A stretch of DNA of 64,000 bases from an uncultured delta proteobacterium. Lineage in GTDB: Bacteria; Myxococcota; Myxococcia; Myxococcales; Myxococcaceae. The stretch lies in assembly GCA_963713045.1 (NCBI GenBank), contig CAVQKE010000005.1, positions 96,001 through 160,000 on the forward strand, in the 5' to 3' direction. The notes beneath the pieces were generated by a model that was given only the letters and a program-made list of their open reading frames with translations, was not told the DNA's origin and ran no database searches. How positions within the stretch are numbered: position 1 is the stretch's first letter; each line of letters opens with the position of its first letter. This document shows positions 48,082-57,741 of the stretch, one piece after another. Made by a program: the position numbers and the translations under genes.

Positions 48082-48477
48082 CTATTTCAGAGCAATGTCC
48101 ACCCCGCTAACACCGCCGTCTACGTCGAAGGCAACCTCGTCGAACTGCGGCTTGTGCCAGCCGGAGAAGGCCTTGAAGAATCCGTTTGGCTCTGTCGGTC
48201 CAAAGAGGCCCATGTCGAGGACCCCATTGCCATTGACGTCTTCGAAAGCACTCAAGGCCCACCGGCCGGGGGTGACCTCAAAATGAAACACCATTGGCTC
48301 TCCGGCGTAGATTCGGAGGGACTGCGTTGGTTCGGAGAGAAATCCCTCGGACTGCCACAGAGCGACAAGCACCGCATGTCTTCCGGACATCCCAGTCACC
48401 CTGCCAGCAATAGTCAATCGCGGGCTGGTCGCTCCCAACCCGACCGTGATGACCGCGCTGACCAAAACCCACCTCAT
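48082..48477 (-). CDS. DUF2141-like secreted protein
   Basis: PGRWALSAFEDVNGNGVLDMGLFGPTEPNGF...PQFDEVAF. Confidence 0.8.
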   Translation of the reverse strand: MRWVLVSAVITVGLGATSPRLTIAGRVTGMSGRHAVLVALWQSEGFLSEPTQSLRIYAGEPMVFHFEVTPGRWALSAFEDVNGNGVLDMGLFGPTEPNGFFKAFSGWHKPQFDEVAFDVDGGVSGVDIALK

Positions 48478-48926
48478 CGAAGCCCAGGAAGCCCCGCGAG
48501 CCAGACAAGCAGAATGACCGCGTAGGCATTCACCAGCGCCGTGCGAATCCAGTGGGTTGCGAGAATCTTCGTGAGGTAGGGGCTCTTCGACCCCAGCTCG
48601 TCCTTGCTGAGCTTCGCCTGCCAGCGCGCCCAGAACAGCCCCGTTCCAGCGTGACTTGTGAGTTGGCACGCCAGTGCTCCCCACACGACCCATATGGGCC
48701 CCTGTGGCCGGTACCATAAGAGACCGATCGCACCAGCGAGTGCCAAGGCCACCGGCGCGAGAACCCAGTAAGGGAGCTTGCTCCAATGGGCGAACTGCAC
48801 GCGGTGGAAGGCATCGGTGTCGACGAGCTTCCAGGAACGGAAGATGTCGAGTTCATGAGCCCAGATGGTGCCCACGTTGTAAAAGGCGAGCGCCAAGTTC
48901 AAGAGAAGAAAACGACTCGGGCTCAT
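48474..48926 (-). CDS. Hypothetical membrane protein
   Basis: Four hydrophobic segments; coupled to neighbouring genes. Confidence 0.7.
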   Translation of the reverse strand: MSPSRFLLLNLALAFYNVGTIWAHELDIFRSWKLVDTDAFHRVQFAHWSKLPYWVLAPVALALAGAIGLLWYRPQGPIWVVWGALACQLTSHAGTGLFWARWQAKLSKDELGSKSPYLTKILATHWIRTALVNAYAVILLVWLAGLPGLR

Positions 48927-49408
48927 TAAAGCGCCTGCCTCGAGACAACGGGAGCGAGAAACGCCTCAACGACCTTGGATAGGACTGAGCTGAGCTCCGC
49001 AGCCAAGGCCGGCGGTACACGGGCAAGCGCCGCGTCAAAGCGTGCGGCCCGGGCTGCGGACACCCGCTCCAGGAGCCGTTTGCCCCTGTTGCTCAGTAGC
49101 ACGTGCCGTTCCCTGCGGTCCTGCGTGCCTTCGTTTCGAAGCAGCAAGCCTGCTCGAACGAGCTTGTCCACCAACTGGCTCATCGCAGGTCTCGACAGCC
49201 CGAAGTCGTCCGCGATTGCTGAAATTGTCTTAGGCTGCCTCGATGCCTCCAGGGTGGCCAATTGGGCGGTCGTCAGCTTCGCCGCGTGGACGAGAGGCAG
49301 CGTCTTTCCGAAGTCGTACCGGTGCATTTCCGTCATGAAGCGAACCACCGAAGAACCTGGACTTACCCGGCGTAAGTGTAGTTTCGTCATCGAAATGATT
49401 CGTATCAT
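48926..49408 (-). CDS. MarR family regulator
   Basis: LTTAQLATL...TISAIADDFGLSRPAMSQLVDKLV..GLL.R....DRR. Confidence 0.88.
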   Translation of the reverse strand: MIRIISMTKLHLRRVSPGSSVVRFMTEMHRYDFGKTLPLVHAAKLTTAQLATLEASRQPKTISAIADDFGLSRPAMSQLVDKLVRAGLLLRNEGTQDRRERHVLLSNRGKRLLERVSAARAARFDAALARVPPALAAELSSVLSKVVEAFLAPVVSRQAL

Positions 49409-50123
49409 GAAACTATCATCTCGCGTCAGGGCGGACGAGCGCGAAGGGTGGTCGTCCCGGCGAGATTCTCGTGACATGGTGTACGGCGTGGGCGACACCT
49501 AGCACCGGGTCAGTGTTGTGGGCAGCCGCTGAGGTCCCAGGGGCCACCTGGCTGGAACCCGAAGTAAGCCACTCGCAGCGGGCGCCCACGAAGGCTGCTG
49601 ATAGTTCGCGGTCACGGACCCACGCGCAGTCCGGGGCGCGAGATACTGCGGAAGCGTTGCTTGACCCTCCGGCTAGTCACGCGTAACCCGTCCGCGCAGC
49701 CGCCAGAGTGATGCCAGCCAGCGCGGTTACGCGTCGTTGCCAGTCAGAGCCAGTTGAGCAGCATGTCTGGCTCCTATGGGGGGGCCGCAGCTAGGAGGCA
49801 AACGTGAGATGGGAAACGCGGTGTCGTGTGTTCGCAGTTCTCGTTGCTTCGGTGGCTGTGGTTCCTTTGGCAGGCGCCCAAACAAGTACGCCAGTCCCTC
49901 CAGCTGCAGCAACCGTTTCAAACGACGTCACGCAGCTGTTTCACCAATCGACCATCCGTACGCGGGCCCGAATCAGTGTTGCACGGGAGACACACGGAGC
50001 TCATCACCTCGGGAGAAGCTCTACTTCGCAGCCATCGTCGACCGCTAATCCCGTCTCGTGTAATAGGTTGGGGCGCTCTGTGGTCAGGGAGTTTTCCGTC
50101 TTCACCGTACGCGGAGGGGCTGC

Positions 50124-51323
50124 ATGGAAACCTACCCGGCGCTCCTGGTCCTGACGATTGGCGTCATCGCTCCCCTACTCGCCGAGATCCCAATCGGCAT
50201 CCGCATTCCCGCACTGGTACTCGAAATCATTCTAGGAATCGTCATAGGTCCTCACGTTCTTGGACTGGCGACTGTCACGCCCCTTTTGGCGTGGCTTGGA
50301 GGAAACCTAGGCCTGGCCGCGCTGTTCTTCATGGCTGGCCTCGAATTGGACCTCGAGAAAGTCCGCGGGCGCCCACTGTCGCTCGCGGGGCGCGGCTGGG
50401 TGTTCTCGGCGGTGCTGGGGCTTGCGGCGGCCGCACTGCTGCATGCGCTACGACCAGTGCATGCGCCTATGATGGTCGCCCTGGCGCTGACGACGACGGC
50501 GCTGGGTGTACTGTCGCCCGTGCTGCGGGACGAGGGCGAACTCGACACCCAATTTGGGCAGTTAGTGCTCGCCGCAGGCACCGTAGGTGAGTTCGGCCCA
50601 ATCGTCGTCATGTCACTCGTGCTCACGCGCACCCATAGCTCCCTTGTCCAAATCGCACTCATGTTGGTGTTCGTCGCCGTCGCGGTCGGCGCTGCGCTCG
50701 TGGCGCTCGGGTTGCGGCCTCCAAGGTTCGTGGCGCTCCTCTCGCGGCTGATGGAGGCGAGCAGTCAGCTTCCGGTGCGGATTTCCTTGTTCCTGCTCGC
50801 GGCCTTCACCGTGCTCTCAGGAAAGTTTGGGTTCGAGACCGTACCGGGAGCTTTTGCTGCTGGAATGGTTGTGGGGCTGGCAACGCGCGGCAAGTCAGGC
50901 AAGCCGCTCCGCGCGAAAATCGAGGCCGTCTGTTTCGGCTTCCTCGTGCCTTTCTTCTATGTGACTACCGGGATGAAATTCGACCTAACGGCGCTCTTGC
51001 AGAGCACGACGACGATGCTCTTGGTGCCAATATTTCTCATCTTGTTGCTCGTTGTCCGCGGCGTGCCTGTTGTCCTGTACCGCGACGTTCTACCGAAGAG
51101 AGAGCGGCTCCCTTTCGCTCTGCTGTGTGCAACGGGCTTGCCACTGGTGGTCGCCATCGCCGAGCTGGGCGTTCGGACCGGCCAAATGGGGACAGATGTT
51201 GCCGCTGCGCTTGTGGGAGCCGCGATGCTCTCAGTTCTACTGTTTCCGGCAATTGCGGGCGCACTGCAGTCGGGACGCTCGGGACAAGCAAGCGCTCGAG
51301 ACCAGGCGGAGCGACCGATTTGA
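50124..51323 (+). CDS. Cation:proton antiporter (CPA2-like)
   Basis: LEIILGIVIGP, LFFMAGLELD, TTTALGVL, GAFAAG, FLVPFFYVTTG. Confidence 0.9.
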   Translation: METYPALLVLTIGVIAPLLAEIPIGIRIPALVLEIILGIVIGPHVLGLATVTPLLAWLGGNLGLAALFFMAGLELDLEKVRGRPLSLAGRGWVFSAVLGLAAAALLHALRPVHAPMMVALALTTTALGVLSPVLRDEGELDTQFGQLVLAAGTVGEFGPIVVMSLVLTRTHSSLVQIALMLVFVAVAVGAALVALGLRPPRFVALLSRLMEASSQLPVRISLFLLAAFTVLSGKFGFETVPGAFAAGMVVGLATRGKSGKPLRAKIEAVCFGFLVPFFYVTTGMKFDLTALLQSTTTMLLVPIFLILLLVVRGVPVVLYRDVLPKRERLPFALLCATGLPLVVAIAELGVRTGQMGTDVAAALVGAAMLSVLLFPAIAGALQSGRSGQASARDQAERPI

Positions 51324-51405
51324 GGCCGTGGGCCGCCAGCGGCGCTGCAGCCGGTCCTCGGCCAGTTCGATCGGGTGGCCGCTCGGCTTAGCGCGAAGGA
51401 CGCGC

Positions 51406-53910
51406 CTAGTTGTTCACGTTGGCCATTCGCTGCCGCCAAATCTGGCGGTCATTGTCGCTCAGCTGCTCAGGTTCGACGTTGATCGTCACTTTATTGATCT
51501 TGCCGTTGAAGGCGAAGGGGACCTGATAGTCCTTGTCGTCCACCGGAGTACGCGTGTCGATCCCCACGTCGAAGGTCTCGTCGATGGCCATGAGGAACGG
51601 AATCGTGTGCTCTATCTTCTGATTCGCAACCTCGGTTCCATCCACCTTCAGCCTGCCTGTGCCGCCTTTGCCAAAGCCCGGACCGTCGTATTTGAAGTCG
51701 AATACCAGGCTGTGCTTGCCGGGCTTGAGCGCCGACTTGCCTTCCCAGCGGAAGCGCTTCAGATCGAGCGCGTTGTAGGTGAAGACCGGCTTGCCCTTCA
51801 GGAGGTAGAGGCCGTAGCCGCCGAAGCGGCCGCCGAGGGTAACGATCATCCCGCTGCCTGTGCCCCTTGGCACCTCCACGTCAGCCTTGATGGTGTACGA
51901 GCGGTTCAGGATGCTCGGCGCGTCACTTGCGGGAATTCCCGGCATAACCCCGGAATAGGTGAACGTCGTCCTTCCGGCCGTGGCGCTGGGCCGCGGCGTA
52001 ACGATGCGCGGCAGGATCGAATTGTCGAGGGGGAAGATCTGGTATTTCGATGCCTCCACCACGAACATGTCCTGTAGCTCACGTAGCTTTGCGGGATTTT
52101 TTGCCGAGAGGTCGTCATTTTCCGAGTAGTCGTCGGCGATATTATATAGCTCCCATTTGTAGTCATTGACGTTGGGCAGTTTGGTCGTGCCCAGGAGCCA
52201 CGGTGCAGCGGGCGGCGGCGTCGCGGCAATCCAGCCGTCGTGGTAAAGGGCGCGCATCCCGAACATCTCGAAGTACTGCGTCTTGCGTGTGGACGGGGCA
52301 TTGGCGTTGGCTGGATCCCAGGTATAGGTCATACTCACCCCCTCGATGGGTTTCTGGGCGGCGCCGTTTACCGTCACCGGCGCGGGAATGCCGGTGGCCT
52401 CCAGGATGGTCGGCACGATGTCGATGATGTGATGAAACTGCGTGCGGATCCCGCCCGCATCCTTGATGTGTCCAGGCCATGCCATGACAACGCCCTGGCG
52501 GGTGCCGCCGAAGTAGGAGGCTACCTGCTTGGTCCACTTGAACGGCGTATCGAAGGCCCACGACCAGGCCACCGACATATGCGGGTAGGTCGCGGCGGAA
52601 CCCCAGGCGTCGTAGAGCTTCATTTGGTCCTTGACTGGCACGTCGAGGATGCCGTTGTACGCCGTCATCTGGTTGAACGTGCCGAGCAGCGTTCCCTCGG
52701 CGCTCGTGCCGTTGTCACCGCTGATGTAGATAATCAACGTGTTGTCGAGCTTGCCCATGTCTTCTACTGCCTGGATGACGCGGCCTATCTCGTGGTCGGT
52801 ATAGGCAGCGTAAGCGGCGAACACTTCAGCCTCACGCGCGAAGAGCTTCTTCTGCTCGGCAGGGAGTGTGTCCCACTTCGGCAGGATGTCCGGCCACGGG
52901 GTCAATTTAGTGTTGGCTGGGATGACGCCGAGCCGCTTCTGGTTGGCGAAGATCTGGTTACGTAGCTCGTTCCAGCCCATGTCGAACTTGCCCTTGAACT
53001 TGGCGATCCACTCCTTGGTGGGCTGGTGGGGCGAGTGGGTGCCGCCCGGCACGTAGTAGAGGAAGAAAGGCTTCTCCGGCGCGGCAGCGTTGAGCTGGTT
53101 CAGGTAGTTGATCGCGTCGTCGGCCATGTCGGTAATGAGGTTGTAGCCAGGCTTGCCGATCCAGGGGGTAACCTGGGTGGTGTTGCGGAAGAGAAACGGC
53201 GTCCACTGGTCGCTCTCGCCTCCCATGAAGCCATAGAAATACTGAAAGCCCATGCCCACAGGCCACTGGTCGTAGGGTCCGGCGAGGCTGTATTGGTAAC
53301 TCGGCGTATTGTGATTCTTGCCGAACCACGAGGTGGCGTAGCCGTTTTCCTTTAGAATCTCGCCGATGGTGGCGCTGTTGGGAGGGATGACCGAGTCGTA
53401 GCCCGGATATCCGGTGGACATCTCCGAGATGACGCCGAAGCCCACCGAGTGGTGGTTGCGCCCGGTGATCAGCGCCGCCCGCGTGGGCGAGCAGAGCGCC
53501 GTGGAGTGGAACTGCGTGTAGCGCAGCCCCATCTTGGCGATCCGGTCCATGGTGGGGGTCGGGATCACGCCGCCGAAGGTGCCGGAGACGCCGTAGCCCT
53601 GATCGTCGGTCATGATCAGCAGTACGTTCGGTGCGCCCTTCGGTGGGACAACCGTGGGTGGCCAGTATGGCTTCGAGTCCTGGGCGGTCGGGTTAATCAC
53701 GCCGCCGAACTTGGGTGGTGCAGGCGGTAAGTAGCGGCCATCGATGGTTGACGTGGCACTAGGTGAACCGGGCACACCCGTGGTCTGTTGCACCGAAACC
53801 GGCGGGGCGCCGACATTTGGCTGAGCGCTTTGCTGAGAAAAGGCCGCTGGGGCGGCACAGAGAATTGCGGCTGCAAGAAGTCGACTCTTCATCGCACTCA
53901 CTCTCCTCAT
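51406..53910 (-). CDS. Arylsulfatase (Cys-type, FGly-dependent), secreted
   Basis: PNVLLIMTDDQGYG, CSPTRAALITGR, GYATSWFGKNH, SGDNG. Confidence 0.95.
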   Translation of the reverse strand: MRRVSAMKSRLLAAAILCAAPAAFSQQSAQPNVGAPPVSVQQTTGVPGSPSATSTIDGRYLPPAPPKFGGVINPTAQDSKPYWPPTVVPPKGAPNVLLIMTDDQGYGVSGTFGGVIPTPTMDRIAKMGLRYTQFHSTALCSPTRAALITGRNHHSVGFGVISEMSTGYPGYDSVIPPNSATIGEILKENGYATSWFGKNHNTPSYQYSLAGPYDQWPVGMGFQYFYGFMGGESDQWTPFLFRNTTQVTPWIGKPGYNLITDMADDAINYLNQLNAAAPEKPFFLYYVPGGTHSPHQPTKEWIAKFKGKFDMGWNELRNQIFANQKRLGVIPANTKLTPWPDILPKWDTLPAEQKKLFAREAEVFAAYAAYTDHEIGRVIQAVEDMGKLDNTLIIYISGDNGTSAEGTLLGTFNQMTAYNGILDVPVKDQMKLYDAWGSAATYPHMSVAWSWAFDTPFKWTKQVASYFGGTRQGVVMAWPGHIKDAGGIRTQFHHIIDIVPTILEATGIPAPVTVNGAAQKPIEGVSMTYTWDPANANAPSTRKTQYFEMFGMRALYHDGWIAATPPPAAPWLLGTTKLPNVNDYKWELYNIADDYSENDDLSAKNPAKLRELQDMFVVEASKYQIFPLDNSILPRIVTPRPSATAGRTTFTYSGVMPGIPASDAPSILNRSYTIKADVEVPRGTGSGMIVTLGGRFGGYGLYLLKGKPVFTYNALDLKRFRWEGKSALKPGKHSLVFDFKYDGPGFGKGGTGRLKVDGTEVANQKIEHTIPFLMAIDETFDVGIDTRTPVDDKDYQVPFAFNGKINKVTINVEPEQLSDNDRQIWRQRMANVNN

Positions 53911-54678
53911 CTACGGGCAGCTCATGATTGAGACTCCGGGCACAAAAGCATCCCGGCAATAGGAAGGAAAGCGCTTCCAGTGTTTGTTAGCACCGATGTT
54001 GCGACGCCAAACCGCGGTTGCGTGTCAAGACCGGGCAATCGCCACGCAGGACCTGTGTCCTCGAAACCTACTGTGACCCGTCGTAGTTCGGCTGTCCTGT
54101 AGTTCCGGCCCCTCCCCCGTCTGTGCGTCTCCCTAACGAGGCTGAGAAAAGCCGCGTTGCCTAAAACCGCCGCAGCGCCTTCGACCACGTCGCGAGGGGA
54201 ATCTGCACCGTGGTGCCCACTTCGATCCCACCAGTAGGTCCGTAGGCGGTCAATTCGAGGACGAGCAAGTCTTCGCTCTTCGTTGGACGCCGCCGCAGCA
54301 CGGAGTGGAGGGGAAGCTCCACGGGCATCCCGCCGAAGTGCTTCTCGAACTGATAACCCTCGCACGTCGCCTGGAAGAATCCGGTGTCCATGGGCGCACG
54401 CTATAGCTTTTCGGAGCAGAAGCAACGCACCTGGGCGGCCGCTAGGCGCGTCGTTCATAGCGAACACTCCATCGACTTAGAAGCCCTAGCCTCAGACCTC
54501 CGCGAGCAGCTCATCGCCGTTCGCCTCCTACTGACTGAGGTCTTTCAGTCGTTCCACGCGGAGGACGGAGTCGCGCAGATTTCTGCCTCGGGCGCCTTGG
54601 CTCGGAATCAGTGGTCGCCAAGAGACCTTCAGGTATGGCCAGCGGACTACGAGCGCGAGTAAAACCCGCCGCTAGGCG

Positions 54679-55617
54679 ATGAGCGCTCACGCGCCACTTT
54701 CGTTCTTCGATTCTCGGATTGCGGACCCGGCGAAACTTGACCCCGAATACGCCAAGGCACGCGGCTGGGACTTGGTTGAGCGGGATTGGACGGAGTTCGG
54801 ACCACTCTGTTCCGATGCAGAACGTAAGTTCTTAACCACGGCTCGCGAGCATTTCTATGGGGCGCGATGGCAGATGCACTGCACTCTGGTTTGCAGCACG
54901 CTCCCTGGCTTCGAAAAGGGTGCCTCTGCAGGACCGGACTTCTTCGTGCAGAGTGGCGGGCGTCGCTGCGGGGTCGAGTGCACGTCGCTCCGAATCACAG
55001 ACGACTATCCTGAGCATCTCCCAACGCCAGGGCGACGGCGCTATGGACAGGTCTTTTTCGTCGGAAAGGCTTACGACGACCACAGGCTCGCGAGGTTGGG
55101 AGACGCGGTCCGGGAGAAGCGAAAAAAGCGAGAGAAACACGTGCGAAAGGGTCTTCTAGGTCCGGATGACCCGTTTGTGATTGCGGTCTGCCTCGGCGAG
55201 CTCTTCCCTTCGATGGAACCTCTGCCCGACGCAGTGCGGGTTTGCTACGGCGCGGGTCCCTTGATGATTGTTCAGCCCATCGCCCCGAAGGGAGAAAAAC
55301 CGATAGCCTCGTACTTGGAACGCCCTGCGCAGCTGTCGGTGAAGAGAAACTCGAACGACCTGGCAAAGAGCAACACTCTCTTTCGCGACACGGAGAACGA
55401 TGGGGTCTCGGGCCTGATCTTCTCGCGCGACTGCCACAATGCTTTTGGCGGCCCGCGAGACGGTAGAGAGATGATTTTCGTCCACAACGTCCGTGCAACG
55501 AACCCAGTCGAGATTGGCACCTTTCGGTTCGGGATAGAATGGGGGGCCGCCGAGGGGCGCGGCGCAGAGGTGAACGACTGGCGGAAGCGGGACGGGCTTC
55601 TCGGAAGTCCTCGCTAG
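54679..55617 (+). CDS. Hypothetical protein with PD-(D/E)xK-like motif
   Basis: GPDFFVQSGGRRCGVECT; PFVIAV; VSGLIFS; IFVHN..A.NP. Confidence 0.55.
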   Translation: MSAHAPLSFFDSRIADPAKLDPEYAKARGWDLVERDWTEFGPLCSDAERKFLTTAREHFYGARWQMHCTLVCSTLPGFEKGASAGPDFFVQSGGRRCGVECTSLRITDDYPEHLPTPGRRRYGQVFFVGKAYDDHRLARLGDAVREKRKKREKHVRKGLLGPDDPFVIAVCLGELFPSMEPLPDAVRVCYGAGPLMIVQPIAPKGEKPIASYLERPAQLSVKRNSNDLAKSNTLFRDTENDGVSGLIFSRDCHNAFGGPRDGREMIFVHNVRATNPVEIGTFRFGIEWGAAEGRGAEVNDWRKRDGLLGSPR

Positions 55618-56088
55618 CGTCGATGTAGGGAAGGGCTCAAACCGTCCAATCTCTGACGGCGCAGAGTCCCGTTTTCACCCGCGCCCTGGAGAAATTGCCG
55701 GCCGGGGACTTGGAGCTAGCCGGGGCCTTGGTGCAGTGTTTCTCCGGAAGCACCGACCATGGCTGCGAACCCACCCTGGCCAAAGTCTCAGCGCTGCTAG
55801 CCGAAGGAAATCCCCTGCGCCGAGGCCTCTGTGTCAGAAGTATACTACCGACACGCCCCCTGCTGACCCGGTCACTCCCAGGCGAGCGAGGGGCTCAAGG
55901 GACATTCGAGGTTTTCGACACGCCCACTTCGCACGACCGCTGAGGCAAGAGGCGCGAAGCGGTAGCGGTGGCGGTTGGTGTTGGTGTTGCGGCGACTCCG
56001 GCGCTTGCCGCTATCGAAAGGCGCAGCGTTTATTGTCAGCTCAACAAACTGATTCGAATCAGCACGCTCGGCCGACTGCGTATGTTCC

Positions 56089-56397
56089 TTATGGGAGCTG
56101 CCGAGCAGTCCAATAGCCTGGCCGACGCTTCGCGTGAGCCACCGCCATGACAAGAACCCGGTCTCCCTCGAGTTTGTAGAACACTACGTACGGGAATCTT
56201 GAGAGCCGGAGACGACGCCAGGGCCGAGGGGCCTTCCATACGGGTGCGTGCTCCGGGCGCTCAGTCAGAGACACGAACGCGTGGTCGACGGCTGCAACAA
56301 ACTCCAAGCCCAAACCTGGGCGCCGCGCCTCGTACCAGGCTGCCGTCTCCTCGACCTCCGAGATTGCCTCCGGGTGAACGAGCGGAGGAGAGGTCAC
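56089..56397 (-). CDS. ParE/RelE toxin, copy 2 (intact)
   Basis: HPEAISEVEETAAWYE..RPGLGLEF...RFPYVVFY...AVAHAKRRPGYW. Confidence 0.88.
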   Translation of the reverse strand: MTSPPLVHPEAISEVEETAAWYEARRPGLGLEFVAAVDHAFVSLTERPEHAPVWKAPRPWRRLRLSRFPYVVFYKLEGDRVLVMAVAHAKRRPGYWTARQLP

Positions 56398-56621
56398 GAC
56401 TTCTTGAGACGCTCGAGGATGAGGCTACGAACCTCGGCCCACGGACGAGCCTGCTCGAGTCCATGCGCTGCCCGTGCATCCAACTCACGAAGCCAAGCCG
56501 CTTCCCATTCGGGGTCGGCAGCGCCTTCCACGCTGTCGATGAGCTCAGACGCAAGGGCAAGGCGCTCCTCCTCAGGAAGTTCGAGAGCCTCGGAAGCTAT
56601 TTTTCGGACGGAGCGAGCCAT
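56394..56621 (-). CDS. Addiction module antitoxin, copy 2
   Basis: Near-identical to 43851-44075. Confidence 0.85.
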   Translation of the reverse strand: MARSVRKIASEALELPEEERLALASELIDSVEGAADPEWEAAWLRELDARAAHGLEQARPWAEVRSLILERLKKS

Positions 56622-56832
56622 GGCAGGCAAGATTTGCCTCGCCAATCAGTAACACGCGTTGGCCGCGCTTGAGAATGGCTGGAAACGAGTGCCTTCGCCC
56701 CTGTCAGGGCGAGGGCGGCGAGTTTTGGGCCATCCCGTGACTCAAACCGGCCGGTGCTCACTACCTCCGCAAGAGCCAAGACGCATGCAAGACAACTTCG
56801 GCGTCCGTTCGGCGGTGAACCAGACCTCGGCG

Positions 56833-56872
56833 GTTCACATTTCGCCCGAAAATGTGGACGCAAATGTGGACG
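56833..56872. repeat. Short direct/inverted repeats next to att (arm-type-site-like)
   Basis: aaatgtggacg x2 (56850, 56862) plus inverted gttcacattt (56833). Confidence 0.45.
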
Positions 56873-56929
56873 GCGGCCGGGGAAAAAACGGGCGACGAAA
56901 AAAGTGTAACAACTACGGGGTTTTCGAAG

Positions 56930-57001
56930 AGCGGGAAAAGGGATTTGAACCCTCGACCCTCGCCTTGGCAAGGCGATGCTCTACCACTGAGCTATTCCCG
57001 C
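56930..57001 (-). tRNA. tRNA-Gly (GCC), CCA not encoded
   Basis: gcgggaatagctcagtggtagagcatcgccttgccaaggcgagggtcgagggttcaaatcccttttcccgct folds as a cloverleaf; follows pgsA. Confidence 0.97.
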
Positions 57002-57049
57002 TGGCACTGCTGTGGAGCGCTGACTTGTAGCGGCCGGGTGACAGGGCCG

Positions 57050-57730
57050 TCAAGCGCCCTCTGTCCCTTGCGTTGAGCCGCGCCGCGCGAGCATCTGCCC
57101 GAAGGCGCGGAAGTACCCAACGCCGCTCCAGACGCTGAAGAAGAGCGAGATGTACAGGAGGACTTGCCCCACCGCGTTGTAATTCACGGGGACCGTCCAG
57201 AAGATGAGGTCGAGAGGGTGCGTGTAGTGCACGCAGAGCGCGATGATGCCGGTCAGCTGGAGGCTGGTCTTCCACTTCCCCTCCTGGCCGGCGGCTATCA
57301 CCATCCCCTCGGAGGCGGCGATGGTGCGCAGGCCAGTCACCAGAAACTCGCGGGCGAGAAGAACTATGACCACCCAGGCCGCCACCCGCCCGAGGCGAAC
57401 CAGCATCACCAGCGCCGCCATCACGATGAGTTTGTCAGCCAGAGGGTCGAGAAACTTCCCCAGCACCGTGACGAGATTCATCCGCCGGGCGAGCACGCCG
57501 TCGATGACGTCGGTCACTGCCGCCAAGGTGAAGAGGAAGGCCGCGAGGAAGCTGTCGAGCGGGTCGGCCTTGTAGGTGAGCCAAACGAAGAGAGGAATGA
57601 TGAGAATTCTCCCGAGCGTGAGCATGTTCGGGAGAGTCCAGAGCTCCTTCAGCAGCACGCTCGGATGACGCGCCCCTTGGCGCGCACGGCGCGTGTCGCG
57701 CCGGCGCTGTTTCCGCGTCCGCCGGTCCAC
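57050..57730 (-). CDS. pgsA: CDP-diacylglycerol--glycerol-3-phosphate 3-phosphatidyltransferase
   Basis: PNMLTLGR, TDVIDGVLARR...GKFLDPLADK, REFLVTGLR, GKWKT. Confidence 0.95.
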   Translation of the reverse strand: MDRRTRKQRRRDTRRARQGARHPSVLLKELWTLPNMLTLGRILIIPLFVWLTYKADPLDSFLAAFLFTLAAVTDVIDGVLARRMNLVTVLGKFLDPLADKLIVMAALVMLVRLGRVAAWVVIVLLAREFLVTGLRTIAASEGMVIAAGQEGKWKTSLQLTGIIALCVHYTHPLDLIFWTVPVNYNAVGQVLLYISLFFSVWSGVGYFRAFGQMLARRGSTQGTEGA

Positions 57731-57741
57731 GAGGGCGGGGT

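Larger units (their letters stand above)
43291..56951. mobile_element. tRNA-proximal integrated island (~13.6 kb)
   Basis: Lies between tRNA-Gly and its 3'-end duplicate; TA-rich; no integrase ORF recognised. Confidence 0.7.

Noticed and set aside
18282..56951. Complete prophage, ICE, retron or DGR
   Set aside because: No structural, conjugation or reverse transcriptase genes recognised
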